From contig NZ_MWQY01000010.1 in NCBI RefSeq assembly GCF_002087085.1, forward strand, positions 124,001-185,921: a stretch of 61,921 bases of DNA, in the 5' to 3' direction. The position numbers and the translations under genes were made by a program. This document shows positions 1 through 9,473 of this stretch, in pieces. The notes below the pieces were generated by a model. The model searched no databases and had not been told where the DNA came from. It was given only the letters and a program-made list of their open reading frames with translations. Position 1 is the first letter of the stretch; the number at the start of each line of letters is the position of its first letter.

Positions 1-55
1 TACGGGCCGCATCGTTCTGCAGCATGAAATCGTCATCGAGAAACTGTTTTGCCAT
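1..55 (-). CDS. uxaC: Glucuronate isomerase, N-terminal fragment (runs off the window)
   Basis: AAGGAG RBS, then ATG at 55 giving MAKQFLDDDFMLQNDAAR, a typical UxaC N-terminus; directly downstream of a uxuB-like SDR. Confidence 0.7.
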   Translation of the reverse strand, partial: MAKQFLDDDFMLQNDAAR

Positions 56-78
56 AGTATACTCCTTTTTTTACTGCC

Positions 79-894
79 TCAGATATTGTGAACCAGGTAA
101 CCGCCGTCCACCGGAATGGAAACGCCCGTTACAAAGCCGGATGCTTTTTCGCTGCACAGAAAGAGCAGAGCCCCGGCAAGCTCCTGGACCTCGCCGAAAC
201 GGCCGAAGGGAGTATGGTCGATGATGGCCTGCCCTCTGGCGGTCAGATTTCCCGTGGCTTCGTCCATCAGGAGGGCCTTGTTCTGCTTGCCCACAAAGAA
301 ACCCGGTGCAATGGCGTTGACCCGGATACCGTCGGGGGCGAACTCCCGGGCACCGGCCATGGTAAGGTTCAGGACCGCCATCTTGGCGGCGCCATAGGCG
401 TGGGTTCCGGAAAGGGGAATGTAGCTGGTCATGGAAGTCAGGTTGATTATGCTCCCCTTGATCTTCTTCTCTTTCCACTTCTTTACAAAAACCTTGGTGG
501 GAACCATAAGACCGGCTACCAGATTGAGGTGAAGGACCTCTTCGAAGGTCTTCATGTCGACGTCCACCCAGTCGGATTTTCCCCGGTTGCCTCCCGCGGC
601 GTTAATCAGTACATCCACGGAACCGAACTGTTTCTCCGTCTCTTCATAGGCTTCAGCTACAGCTGCCTCGTCGCCCGCATCGGCCTTGACCCGCTGCAGC
701 TGGTCCTTCAAACCCGTAGCCCTGGCAAGCTTATCCAGGTTCTCGTCGATGGAGGGATACCGGTGACCCCAGAGTGAAACATTGGCCCCCGCCTGAAGCA
801 GGGCTTCACCCATGGCGTAGGCGATGTTTCCGCCGCCGCCGGTAATTACGGCGGTTTTTCCTTTTAAACTGAACATCTCTTCCAAATAATTCAT
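79..894 (-). CDS. SDR oxidoreductase, probable D-mannonate oxidoreductase / fructuronate reductase (UxuB-like)
   Basis: TGGGGNIA nucleotide-binding motif, NAAG, catalytic YGAAK, VNAIAPG, PFGRFG; uxaC context. Confidence 0.8.
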   Translation of the reverse strand: MNYLEEMFSLKGKTAVITGGGGNIAYAMGEALLQAGANVSLWGHRYPSIDENLDKLARATGLKDQLQRVKADAGDEAAVAEAYEETEKQFGSVDVLINAAGGNRGKSDWVDVDMKTFEEVLHLNLVAGLMVPTKVFVKKWKEKKIKGSIINLTSMTSYIPLSGTHAYGAAKMAVLNLTMAGAREFAPDGIRVNAIAPGFFVGKQNKALLMDEATGNLTARGQAIIDHTPFGRFGEVQELAGALLFLCSEKASGFVTGVSIPVDGGYLVHNI

Positions 895-955
895 AATCCG
901 TTCCTTAAAGTTAATTTTATCCCCCGGACTTCACGTCCGGGGTCGGTATCCGGGC

Positions 956-1732
956 TTAAGCGCTGTTTTCAGCCGGGTAGTCGGCAATCAGAACATCGAT
1001 TTCCGCCGCCCGCATATTTTCCTCTCCGGAGAAATCCCTGTCGGTAATCAGTACATCCACCCCGTCGGCCCGGGCAAAGACCGAAAACGCGGTGTACTCG
1101 AACTTCGACGAATCCGCCAGGATTACCCGCCGTTCGGAAACCTCCAGGGCACGCTGCTTGAGCTGGGCCTCCAGGATATTCTGGGACGAAAATACCCCCG
1201 CGGCGGAAAAGCCGGTGGCCCCCATAAAACAGGTCCCGATCTGAAAGTCCCGCAGGTTCTCTATGGCTGTCGGCCCGAGAAAACTGCCGGCCTCCTTGTG
1301 ATAGGCTCCCCCCACGGCGATCAGGCTTATTCCCGGTCTGTCCGCCAGGCGGTTCATCACGTCGATGGAGTTGGTGACTACCCGCAGGGCAATATCCGCC
1401 ACCGCCTCGGCAAAGAGCATGCAGGTGGACCCGGAATCTATGTAGATGGTGTCCCCTTCCCTGACCAGTTCCGCCGCCCTGGCGGCTATGGCGAGTTTCT
1501 TTTCCCGGTTCTCGTTGCGCCGCATGTTCAGGGTCCGCCGAAATCTGCGGTCCTCCGCCAGCTCTGCTCCCCCGTGGGTGCGGATCAGAAAGCCCATCTC
1601 CTCCAGGGTTGTCAGATCCTTGCGGATGGTAACCTCGGAAACCTTCAGCCTCGCGGTAAGATCTCCCACGCTGACGGAGCGTAATCGGGAGAGGATGGTA
1701 AGTATTTCATCGTGCCGTCTGTTGGCTGGCAT
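956..1732 (-). CDS. DeoR/GlpR family transcriptional regulator
   Basis: HTH VSEVTIRKDL, RTHGGA, IDSGST, DSSKF. Confidence 0.93.
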   Translation of the reverse strand: MPANRRHDEILTILSRLRSVSVGDLTARLKVSEVTIRKDLTTLEEMGFLIRTHGGAELAEDRRFRRTLNMRRNENREKKLAIAARAAELVREGDTIYIDSGSTCMLFAEAVADIALRVVTNSIDVMNRLADRPGISLIAVGGAYHKEAGSFLGPTAIENLRDFQIGTCFMGATGFSAAGVFSSQNILEAQLKQRALEVSERRVILADSSKFEYTAFSVFARADGVDVLITDRDFSGEENMRAAEIDVLIADYPAENSA

Positions 1733-1911
1733 TTCGTTTCCTTTCGGTTTCTACAGTAGTACGCAATACGGTGGGTGTCAATGAGAAAATGTAAGGGTTT
1801 ACAAAACTTGACACAGCCCCGTTGACATAGTACAAGTTTCATTACAGACTGATAAACGTAAGCGTACAAAACTATCGTATCCCGCCGGTCTTGTACCGTC
1901 AAGGAGGAATA

Positions 1912-2796
1912 ATGAGCGACCCAGTACAGGAATTAAAGGATTTCAAACCCCGGAAGGAGTTCTTCGTCGGTATCGATTCCGATGGCTGCGCCTTCGACTC
2001 CATGGAGATCAAACACAAGGAGTGTTTCTGCCCCCAGTTCATCTACCACTTTGGTCTGCAGTCGGTCTCCAAATACGCCCGGGAGGTATGGGAGTTTGTA
2101 AATCTCTACTCCAAAAACAGGGGCTGTAACCGCTTCATGGCTATCCAGTACGCCACAGAGCTTCTTGCCGCTCGTAAAGAGGTAAAAGACCGCCACGCCG
2201 AGGTTCCGGTGCTCAAGGACCTGGCGGACTGGTGCAAACGGGAGACGAAACTCGGGAATCCCGCCTTCCTGGCGGAGGTGGAACGGAACCCCTCCGACGA
2301 GATGAAGATGATCAAAGCCTGGTCCCTGGGGGTCAACGAAACCATCGCCTGGTTCGTCAAAAACGTTCCTCCCTACCCTCTGGTTGAAGAGAGCCTTCAG
2401 AAAATGACCGAAAAAGCCGACGCCCTCGTCGTCAGCCAGACCCCCACCGAAGCCCTGGAAAGGGAATGGGGTGAACACGGTATAGACAAGTATGTCCGAA
2501 TGATCGCCGGTCAGGAACGGGGAACCAAAACGGAACACATCAGGTTCGCCGCCGGCGGAAAGTATCCTGCGGAAAAAATCCTGATGATCGGGGATGCACC
2601 GGGGGACTACAAGGCAGCCAAGGCAAACGACGCTCTCTTCTTCCCCATCAACCCCGGACACGAAGAGGCGAGCTGGGAAAAGCTCTACAATGAGGGACTG
2701 GACCGCTTTTTTGCCGGGACCTTTGCCGGGAGCTACCAGGAGGAACTTCTGAGGGAGTTTGATCAGTACCTCCCCGAGAAGCCCGGCTGGAATTAG
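1912..2796 (+). CDS. HAD-superfamily hydrolase
   Basis: Motif I IDSDG, motif IV GDAPGD; AAGGAGG RBS before ATG 1912. Confidence 0.85.
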   Translation: MSDPVQELKDFKPRKEFFVGIDSDGCAFDSMEIKHKECFCPQFIYHFGLQSVSKYAREVWEFVNLYSKNRGCNRFMAIQYATELLAARKEVKDRHAEVPVLKDLADWCKRETKLGNPAFLAEVERNPSDEMKMIKAWSLGVNETIAWFVKNVPPYPLVEESLQKMTEKADALVVSQTPTEALEREWGEHGIDKYVRMIAGQERGTKTEHIRFAAGGKYPAEKILMIGDAPGDYKAAKANDALFFPINPGHEEASWEKLYNEGLDRFFAGTFAGSYQEELLREFDQYLPEKPGWN

Positions 2797-2817
2797 GGCC
2801 GAAAGGAGAGAGGAGAA

Positions 2818-4098
2818 ATGCTCTATTACGCCGCAGGCTCAGAAGACAGGGTTATTTCCGATGATGAACTCAAAAGCATCGTCGAAAGCACCTTAAAGAA
2901 ACTGGGGAACCCGAAGAAAGTCCTCGCCCTTCCCCCGGACATGAGCCGCTTTCATTCCCAGGCCGGAAAGATTACCACCTTCTTATACGACTACTACGGC
3001 AAGGCCCTTACGGACATCATGCCGGCCATCGGAACCCACGCTCCCATGAGCAGGGAGGAGACGGACAGGATGTTTCCGGGTGTTCCCCGGGAACTCTTCC
3101 GGGAACACCGCTGGCGAAAGGACCTCTTCACCCTGGGGACGGTTCCCGCTGACTTTGTACGGGAACAGACCGGAGGCAAGCTCGATTTCGACTGGCCCGC
3201 CCAGGTAAACAGCCTTCTTGCGGACGGCGGTCATGATCTTATCCTGTCGGTTGGACAGGTGGTCCCCCACGAGGTCATCGGCCTGGCGAACTACAACAAG
3301 AACATCTTTGTCGGGACCGGCGGTCAGGAGGGCATTAACAAAAGCCATTTTGTGGGCGCCGTCTACGGAATGGAGAGAATCATGGGAAGGGCGGACAATC
3401 CCGTCCGGGCCATTCTGAACTATGCCTCTGAACACTTCGGCGATAAGCTTCCCAAACTGGTCTATATCCTCACGGTTATCGGCAGGGCGGAGGACGGAAG
3501 CCTCCCCATCCGGGGCCTTTTTATCGGGGATGATCACGAGTGCTTCTATAAAGCCGCGGAACTCTCCCTGAAGGTCAACTTTACCATGCTCGACAGGCCC
3601 ATAAAAAAGGCGGTGGTCTATCTGGATCCCGAGGAGTTCAAGAGCACCTGGATCGGGAACAAGAGCATCTATCGTACCCGCATGGCCATAGCCGACGGAG
3701 GAGAGCTCATCGTTCTGGCCCCGGGTGTAAAGGAGTTCGGGGAGGACTCTGAAAACGACCGGATCATCCGCAAGTACGGCTACGTTCGTACCAGCGAGGT
3801 GCTCCGACTGGTGGATGAGAACGAGGACCTTCAGCAGAACCTGGGGGTCGCAGCCCACCTGATTCACGGTTCTCCCGAGGGGCGTTTCTCCGTAACCTAC
3901 TGCCCGGGACACTTGAGCCGGGAAGAAATTACCGGGGCGGGTTACAACTACGCCGATATCAATGAGATAACCCGGCGCTACAACCCGGAAAGCCTCAGCG
4001 ACGGCTGGAACACCCTGCCGGACGGTGAAGAGATCTATTATGTATCCAATCCTGCGGTGGGCCTCTGGGCCGTACCGGAGAGGTTTACTGACAACTGA
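2818..4098 (+). CDS. LarA/DUF2088-family hydroxyacid epimerase, probable D-mannonate/D-gluconate 2-epimerase (GntE-like)
   Basis: PPDMSR, AIGTH and PHEVIG..NYNK correspond to the LarA His/His/Lys motifs; lies between a uxuB-like gene and gnd. Confidence 0.75.
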   Translation: MLYYAAGSEDRVISDDELKSIVESTLKKLGNPKKVLALPPDMSRFHSQAGKITTFLYDYYGKALTDIMPAIGTHAPMSREETDRMFPGVPRELFREHRWRKDLFTLGTVPADFVREQTGGKLDFDWPAQVNSLLADGGHDLILSVGQVVPHEVIGLANYNKNIFVGTGGQEGINKSHFVGAVYGMERIMGRADNPVRAILNYASEHFGDKLPKLVYILTVIGRAEDGSLPIRGLFIGDDHECFYKAAELSLKVNFTMLDRPIKKAVVYLDPEEFKSTWIGNKSIYRTRMAIADGGELIVLAPGVKEFGEDSENDRIIRKYGYVRTSEVLRLVDENEDLQQNLGVAAHLIHGSPEGRFSVTYCPGHLSREEITGAGYNYADINEITRRYNPESLSDGWNTLPDGEEIYYVSNPAVGLWAVPERFTDN

Positions 4099-4134
4099 CA
4101 GTATTATTACAGAGTAAGAGTATAAGGAGTCATT

Positions 4135-5595
4135 ATGGCGGAAAAAAAAGCGGATATCGGCCTCATCGGCCTGGCGGTTATGGGACAGAACCTTGTCCTC
4201 AACATGAACGACAAGGGATTCAAGGTGGCGGTTTTCAATCGGACCGTAAGCAAGGTAGACGATTTCCTGAAAGGTCCGGCCAAAGGCCGGGACACCATCT
4301 ACGGTGCCCACTCCGTGGAGGAGTTTGTAGCTCATCTGGAACGTCCCCGGAAGGTCATGCTGATGGTAAAGGCGGGAGATGTTGTGGACAGCTTCATCGA
4401 AATGGTCCTGCCCCACCTTGAAGAGGGAGACCTGATTATTGACGGCGGGAACTCCCATTTTCCCGACACCATTCGCCGCACCAAAGCCCTGGCGGATAAG
4501 GGGATTCTCTATATCGGCACCGGCGTATCCGGTGGTGAAGAGGGAGCACGCCTGGGACCATCAATGATGCCCGGGGGCAACAAGAAAGCCTGGCCCCTGG
4601 TCAAGAACATTTTCCAGTCCATCGCCGCCAAAACCGACGACGGAGAACCCTGCTGCGACTGGGTCGGCGAAGACGGTGCCGGTCACTACGTGAAGATGGT
4701 CCACAACGGTATTGAGTACGGAGATATGCAGCTGATCTGCGAAGCCTACATGCTTATGAAGAATGCCTTAGGGATGGATGCCGACGAGATGCACGAGGTA
4801 TTCAAGGAGTGGAACACCGGAGACCTGGACTCCTACCTGGTGCAGATAACCCGGGATATCCTGGCCTTCAAGGATGAGGACGGATCGGCCCTGGTGGAAA
4901 AGATTCTGGATACCGCCGGGCAGAAAGGTACCGGCAAGTGGACGGGAGTCAGCTCCCTGGATCTGGGGGTACCGGTAACCCTGATCGGCGAAGCGGTTTT
5001 TGCCCGCTGTCTTTCCGCCATGAAGGAGGAACGGGTGGAAGCCGGCAAGGTGCTTTCCGGACCGGATACCAGATTCTCCGGCGACAGGGCCACCTTTATT
5101 GAAGACATAAAGAAGGCCCTCCTGGCGAGCAAGATCATCTCCTACACCCAGGGCTATATGCTGATGCGGGAAGCTGCCAGGGAATACGGATGGAACCTGA
5201 ACTACGGCGGAATCGCCCTCATGTGGAGGGGCGGATGCATTATCCGTTCCGTCTTCCTGGGACGCATCAAGGAGGCCTTCGACAAGAAGGCGGACCTGAA
5301 CAACCTGCTCATGGATGACTGGTTCAAGAACAAGATCGACGAGTGCCAGGCCTCCTGGCGTAGGGTCGTCGCCAAGGCCGTTGAACTGGGGATTCCCACC
5401 CCGGCCTTCTCCACCGCTCTGGCTTTTTACGACGGATACCGGAACGACCGGCTTCCCGCCAACCTGCTCCAGGCCCAGCGGGACTACTTCGGGGCCCACA
5501 CCTACGAACGCGTGGACAAGCCCCGGGGCCAGTTTTTCCACACAAACTGGACCGGAACCGGCGGAGACGTTTCCGCCAGTACCTATAACGTGTAG
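4135..5595 (+). CDS. gnd: 6-phosphogluconate dehydrogenase, decarboxylating
   Basis: GLAVMG, DGGN, GVSGGEEGA, KMVHNGIEY, QKGTGKW, QAQRDYFGAH. Confidence 0.98.
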   Translation: MAEKKADIGLIGLAVMGQNLVLNMNDKGFKVAVFNRTVSKVDDFLKGPAKGRDTIYGAHSVEEFVAHLERPRKVMLMVKAGDVVDSFIEMVLPHLEEGDLIIDGGNSHFPDTIRRTKALADKGILYIGTGVSGGEEGARLGPSMMPGGNKKAWPLVKNIFQSIAAKTDDGEPCCDWVGEDGAGHYVKMVHNGIEYGDMQLICEAYMLMKNALGMDADEMHEVFKEWNTGDLDSYLVQITRDILAFKDEDGSALVEKILDTAGQKGTGKWTGVSSLDLGVPVTLIGEAVFARCLSAMKEERVEAGKVLSGPDTRFSGDRATFIEDIKKALLASKIISYTQGYMLMREAAREYGWNLNYGGIALMWRGGCIIRSVFLGRIKEAFDKKADLNNLLMDDWFKNKIDECQASWRRVVAKAVELGIPTPAFSTALAFYDGYRNDRLPANLLQAQRDYFGAHTYERVDKPRGQFFHTNWTGTGGDVSASTYNV

Positions 5596-5619
5596 CAGAA
5601 TCCGTATACAGTGATAGCA

Positions 5620-5648
5620 GCCGCCGGGACCCCCCGGCGGTTTTTTTT
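5620..5648 (+). terminator. Intrinsic terminator after gnd
   Basis: CCGCCGGG/CCCGGCGG stem followed by T8. Confidence 0.85.
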
Positions 5649-5694
5649 GGCGCTGTACCGGTTCAAATTTTCCTTAAGAAATTCATCGAAAAAT

Positions 5695-5723
5695 TTGACT
5701 TCCGGAATACGATGGACTACATT
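5695..5723 (+). promoter_or_regulatory. Sigma70-type promoter
   Basis: TTGACT-17 nt-TACATT. Confidence 0.6.
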
Positions 5724-5729
5724 GATGGT

Positions 5730-5984
5730 GTTGGATGTTTCTTGTTATAAGGAGGCACCGATGGAACAACCGCCTGTAAGGACAGGCCGGGATCAGCCCC
5801 GGCATTCGGATCGTGTTGGTAGATTCTAATTTTATCAAACGGGAGGCGCCTATAGAAATACACTATAGAGTGGCTTACCGAAGAGGTAATTTCGAACTCC
5901 TTTTGGAGTAACAAAACGAAATACCGGTTCCTTGCAGATTACAGGAACGATATTTACAAGCCGGCTTCAGGCCGGCTTTTTTTT
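5730..5984 (+). ncRNA. Putative structured small RNA, or mRNA for a 22-aa peptide (5761-5829)
   Basis: Bounded by its own promoter and terminator; a string of short hairpins; no long ORF. Confidence 0.35.
5958..5984 (+). terminator. Intrinsic terminator
   Basis: AAGCCGGC/GCCGGCTT stem followed by a T-run. Confidence 0.85.
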
Positions 5985-6045
5985 ATATAGATCCATGCGG
6001 ATTTTTTGCATTCCCCCGGGTATCTGCATATAATTGTAAATACCA

Positions 6046-6243
6046 ATGAACGAAAGAGATCGACAGGAACGGCGGCTCCGCAGAATTGAGGGCTTCCTTT
6101 ACAGGATCAGTGTATTCCGCCACAGTAAACCTGTTTCACAGACAGGGCAAAAGCACTCCTTCTTTATCGGGCCACACAGGGCCCAGGCCGTGGATTTTGC
6201 CTCGGAGGATCTTAAAAAATACAGAAAGGCCCATCGGAATTAA
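6046..6243 (+). CDS. Small basic hypothetical protein (65 aa), near-leaderless
   Basis: TTGCAT-17-TATAAT promoter at 6006-6034 just upstream; fills the gap to the convergent CobW gene. Confidence 0.4.
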   Translation: MNERDRQERRLRRIEGFLYRISVFRHSKPVSQTGQKHSFFIGPHRAQAVDFASEDLKKYRKAHRN

Positions 6244-6245
6244 TA

Positions 6246-7187
6246 TCAGCGCAGGTGTACTTCCGTCCCGGTTTCGTCCTTCCAGAGAGAAGCAAAACCT
6301 TCAGCGACCTCCCCGTCTCCCGGAACGATAATTACAAGCCCCAGAACCGGGGACTCCCCCTCCCGGTGATCGCAGACCAGGTTTTCGTCCACACAGTCGA
6401 CGAGAAAGTAACCACCCTTCCGTGCGGGGAGTGCGCCTTTAATCCGGAAGGCTTTCTGCGCCGCCCGCCGCAGAAAGCCTTCCAGGGCCTCCTGCAGAAC
6501 AGGTTCGGAGGAATGAAGATAATAGCTTTTGGGCCGGCCGGAACTGCCCCAGCCCATATATTCCTGTTCGGGTTCACGGATCTCAGGTTTTCCTCTCAGG
6601 GCCTGCTCAATATCCCTCAGTCCGATTTGCCCCTGGGAAGCGAAAAGCAGCGGAACATCAGGACGAAGCTCCCGCAGCAGGGATTCCGTGGATGCGATCT
6701 GCTCAGATGACATCAGGTCGGTCTTGTTCAGGACCACCGCGGCGGCATACGCCACCTGCTCCCGGATCGCCTGAACGGTCCGGCTGAGAACGGGGTAGCG
6801 GGGCCCGTCGACAATGCATATGAGTCCGGCGAGTTCGATTCTGCCGGCGCTGGTTTTACTGATTCCTTCCACCATGTCTTTCAGGGTCGAGGGTTTGGAA
6901 AGGCCAGAGCACTCGGCGAGAATGAGGTCCGGACCCCTTTCGGCAAGCCGGATAAGGCTGGAGGCCAGAGGAGCTGCAAGGCAGGCACAGAAGATCTGTC
7001 CGTTGTTCAACTCGAAGATCTCCCCCGAGGCGTCCTGCACCCTGGAGGCATCTATACCCACGGCACCGAACTCGTTGATTATAAGCCCCGCCCGGCGTCC
7101 GTCGAGGCTGTCCAGCAGGCTGTTCAGGACCGTCGTTTTACCGGCGCCGAGGAAACCGGCGATAAAGTAGAGGGGAACCGGTTTCAT
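6246..7187 (-). CDS. CobW/COG0523-family G3E GTPase (metallochaperone)
   Basis: GFLGAGKTT, INEFG, GQIFCAC, ECSG, NKTD. Confidence 0.9.
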   Translation of the reverse strand: MKPVPLYFIAGFLGAGKTTVLNSLLDSLDGRRAGLIINEFGAVGIDASRVQDASGEIFELNNGQIFCACLAAPLASSLIRLAERGPDLILAECSGLSKPSTLKDMVEGISKTSAGRIELAGLICIVDGPRYPVLSRTVQAIREQVAYAAAVVLNKTDLMSSEQIASTESLLRELRPDVPLLFASQGQIGLRDIEQALRGKPEIREPEQEYMGWGSSGRPKSYYLHSSEPVLQEALEGFLRRAAQKAFRIKGALPARKGGYFLVDCVDENLVCDHREGESPVLGLVIIVPGDGEVAEGFASLWKDETGTEVHLR

Positions 7188-8536
7188 TTTTCCAGCAGGC
7201 CCTCTATTTCCCTAAAGAGTTCATCCCGGCTGGGAATTATGGAGGAGTATTTCAATTCGCCGTTGATATAGATGCTGGGAAGCTGCTTGACCCCCATGGC
7301 ACCGCAGCGGGCTATATTCTCGGGAACAGTATATTTGTACTCCACCACATCGATTCTGTCCCCGTAGTGCTCCTTGGCATCCAGGGCGGAGGCCATCATG
7401 TAGGTACAGGCGGCACAGGTGGCGGAATCCAGGGTAAAGACCTCGATAAGGGGCCTCTCCAGGTTAGGATAATCCGGCAGTTCTCCCTCGAAGACCAGGT
7501 CCTCCTTGGTGTAGTTGGCAACCATGGTTCGGGTGGCTTCCGTGTTATGGACGGCCTGTTCGGCGGCGATGGTGTTTTCGATGGGGGTGGCATAGGGCAT
7601 ATCGCAGCCCGGGGAGATGATCAGGTTATCGTGGGAGACGGAGTCCATGAGGTCTATGACGGTCTTCATGTTATCCTGCTGGTTGCCGAAGAGCATAACT
7701 GAGGTAAGGGGGATGTTTCCTGCCAGCACCACATCATACCTGTCGGTAATCTCCTTGGCCGTCGCCAGGTCTACATTCTCGTCCACGGAGATATTGTCCG
7801 GTTTTGTGCGGCACATGGGTTCGATGTTGTTCGTGGCGTTTCCGCAGACAAAAAACGACGAAAAGGCCCCCCGGTCGCGGATGCAGTCGAAGAGTTCGGT
7901 AAAGGGTTTTTCCATGAACTCGGCAAAATGATCAGGCGAGATCTGCGAGATGAGGGGATCCACCGCGGCTATAACGTCCATCCCGGCATCGATGAAGTAT
8001 CCCGCCAGGACCTTCGCCACCCTGTTGGTATACTCCAGCAGCCGATGGACATACCCGGGGTTCATGATCATATCCATGAAGATATTGGTCCCCCGCAGAT
8101 GAGATGCCAGGGTAAAGGGGCCGCAGAGAAGGCCATAGAGGGCGGTAGTATCCCCCACCCGCTGCTTCATCTGCTTCATGGTTTCGATCTCGAGGGCCAG
8201 GCGACCGTCCGCGGCGGCGGGAATGGTATCGGGGATCTCGTCGGTATCCGCCAGGGGGTGGGTTTTAACGGTGGGAGGAGAGTCTTCCGCCCATACGAGC
8301 TCACAACCCAGAATCTCAGCCTCAATCTGCAGGTCGAACATTACCGGCTGTCCGTCGGGTTTGTAGATTCTGTTGACCTCCAGCAGGGATTCAAGAAGTT
8401 TTGCCCCCTCCGTGGAAACCTCCCGCGCCGTATAACCCTTCAGCTTTCCGGCGTGGACACCGGCGAAAGGAACCCAGGGGACGGTATCGGGGTAGTTATT
8501 TTTCATGACCGCGTAGATGCGCTCTTTTCCTGTCAT
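7184..8536 (-). CDS. UroD/MtaA-CmuA-family methyltransferase fused to a C-terminal thioredoxin-like domain
   Basis: GPFTLA, FVCG, GNIP, SPGCD; C-terminal TCAAC...LPSIYING. Confidence 0.85.
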   Translation of the reverse strand: MTGKERIYAVMKNNYPDTVPWVPFAGVHAGKLKGYTAREVSTEGAKLLESLLEVNRIYKPDGQPVMFDLQIEAEILGCELVWAEDSPPTVKTHPLADTDEIPDTIPAAADGRLALEIETMKQMKQRVGDTTALYGLLCGPFTLASHLRGTNIFMDMIMNPGYVHRLLEYTNRVAKVLAGYFIDAGMDVIAAVDPLISQISPDHFAEFMEKPFTELFDCIRDRGAFSSFFVCGNATNNIEPMCRTKPDNISVDENVDLATAKEITDRYDVVLAGNIPLTSVMLFGNQQDNMKTVIDLMDSVSHDNLIISPGCDMPYATPIENTIAAEQAVHNTEATRTMVANYTKEDLVFEGELPDYPNLERPLIEVFTLDSATCAACTYMMASALDAKEHYGDRIDVVEYKYTVPENIARCGAMGVKQLPSIYINGELKYSSIIPSRDELFREIEGLLEK

Positions 8537-8648
8537 TGCTCCTCCATTCTTTACTGCCGTAATCCCATCCTAATGGAGGGGACCCTGTTTCTCTTGTAGT
8601 TTTTTCCGATCCTTGGAATTTTCAGCTTCGGTTGAACACGCAGGCAAT

Positions 8649-8674
8649 AAAAAAGCCCGATCCTGGGACCGGGC
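8649..8674 (-). terminator. Intrinsic terminator after the corrinoid protein gene
   Basis: Minus strand GCCCG...CGGGC stem followed by T6. Confidence 0.7.
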
Positions 8675-8697
8675 AAAAATCTGTTTTCAGTTCCGAT

Positions 8698-9333
8698 TCA
8701 GCTTGCGCAGGCGGCAACAGCCGCTTCAGCGGCGGATGTGGCATCAGCGGAGTAGATATCAGCACCGATGGACTCACAGAAGTTCTGGGTAACCGGTGCG
8801 CCACCGACCATTATGGTAATGGAGTCCCGCATTCCGGCCTCTTTTACCGCCTTTACCACGTTCTCCATTTCCGTCATGGTGGTGGTAAGAAGAGCCGAGC
8901 ATGCAATTATCTGCGCCCCCTCTTCCTTTGCGACGGTTACGAACTTTTCGGTAGCCACATCAGCTCCCAGGTCGATGACTTCAAGACCCTTGCCTTCCAT
9001 CATTATTTTAACCAGGTTCTTTCCGATATCATGGAGGTCGCCTTTTACGGTTCCCAGTACAACCTTGCCCTTTCTGTCTCCCGGGCCGCCAACCATATGG
9101 GGTTTCAGGACTTCGATTCCGGCGTTCATAGCTCTGGCAGCGATAAGAACCTCCGGTACATATACTTCATTCTTCTTAAAGCGCTCACCGACGATGCCCA
9201 TTCCGAGCATGAGACCTTCGTTAAGGATCTCCTTGGCACTGGAACCTTCATCCAGCGCTTTCCTGCAGAGATCTGCAACCTCTTTGGCCTTTCCCTTCTG
9301 CAGCATTTCAGAGATTTCATTCCAGTCAGCCAT
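8698..9333 (-). CDS. Corrinoid (B12-binding) methyltransferase protein
   Basis: GDLHDIGKNLV (DxHxxG), SALLTTTM, MVGGAP; AAGGAG RBS before ATG 9333. Confidence 0.95.
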   Translation of the reverse strand: MADWNEISEMLQKGKAKEVADLCRKALDEGSSAKEILNEGLMLGMGIVGERFKKNEVYVPEVLIAARAMNAGIEVLKPHMVGGPGDRKGKVVLGTVKGDLHDIGKNLVKIMMEGKGLEVIDLGADVATEKFVTVAKEEGAQIIACSALLTTTMTEMENVVKAVKEAGMRDSITIMVGGAPVTQNFCESIGADIYSADATSAAEAAVAACAS

Positions 9334-9473
9334 TCCGTTCTCCTTTTGTGTGTGTCTGACATTATCCAATGCCTGTTAGCCCGCGTATTGAAAAAAATGG
9401 ATTCTTTTTGAATTTTCTTTTGACCCTTTCTACTATTTTACCACAAATCCCGGAATTATACCTTACAGTTATT

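Noticed and set aside
2983..4458. 491-aa minus-strand ORF, and similar long antisense ORFs such as 19712-21019, 44597-45673 and 13565-14503
   Set aside because: These are shadow frames opposite well-supported genes in GC-rich DNA, with no recognisable motifs.
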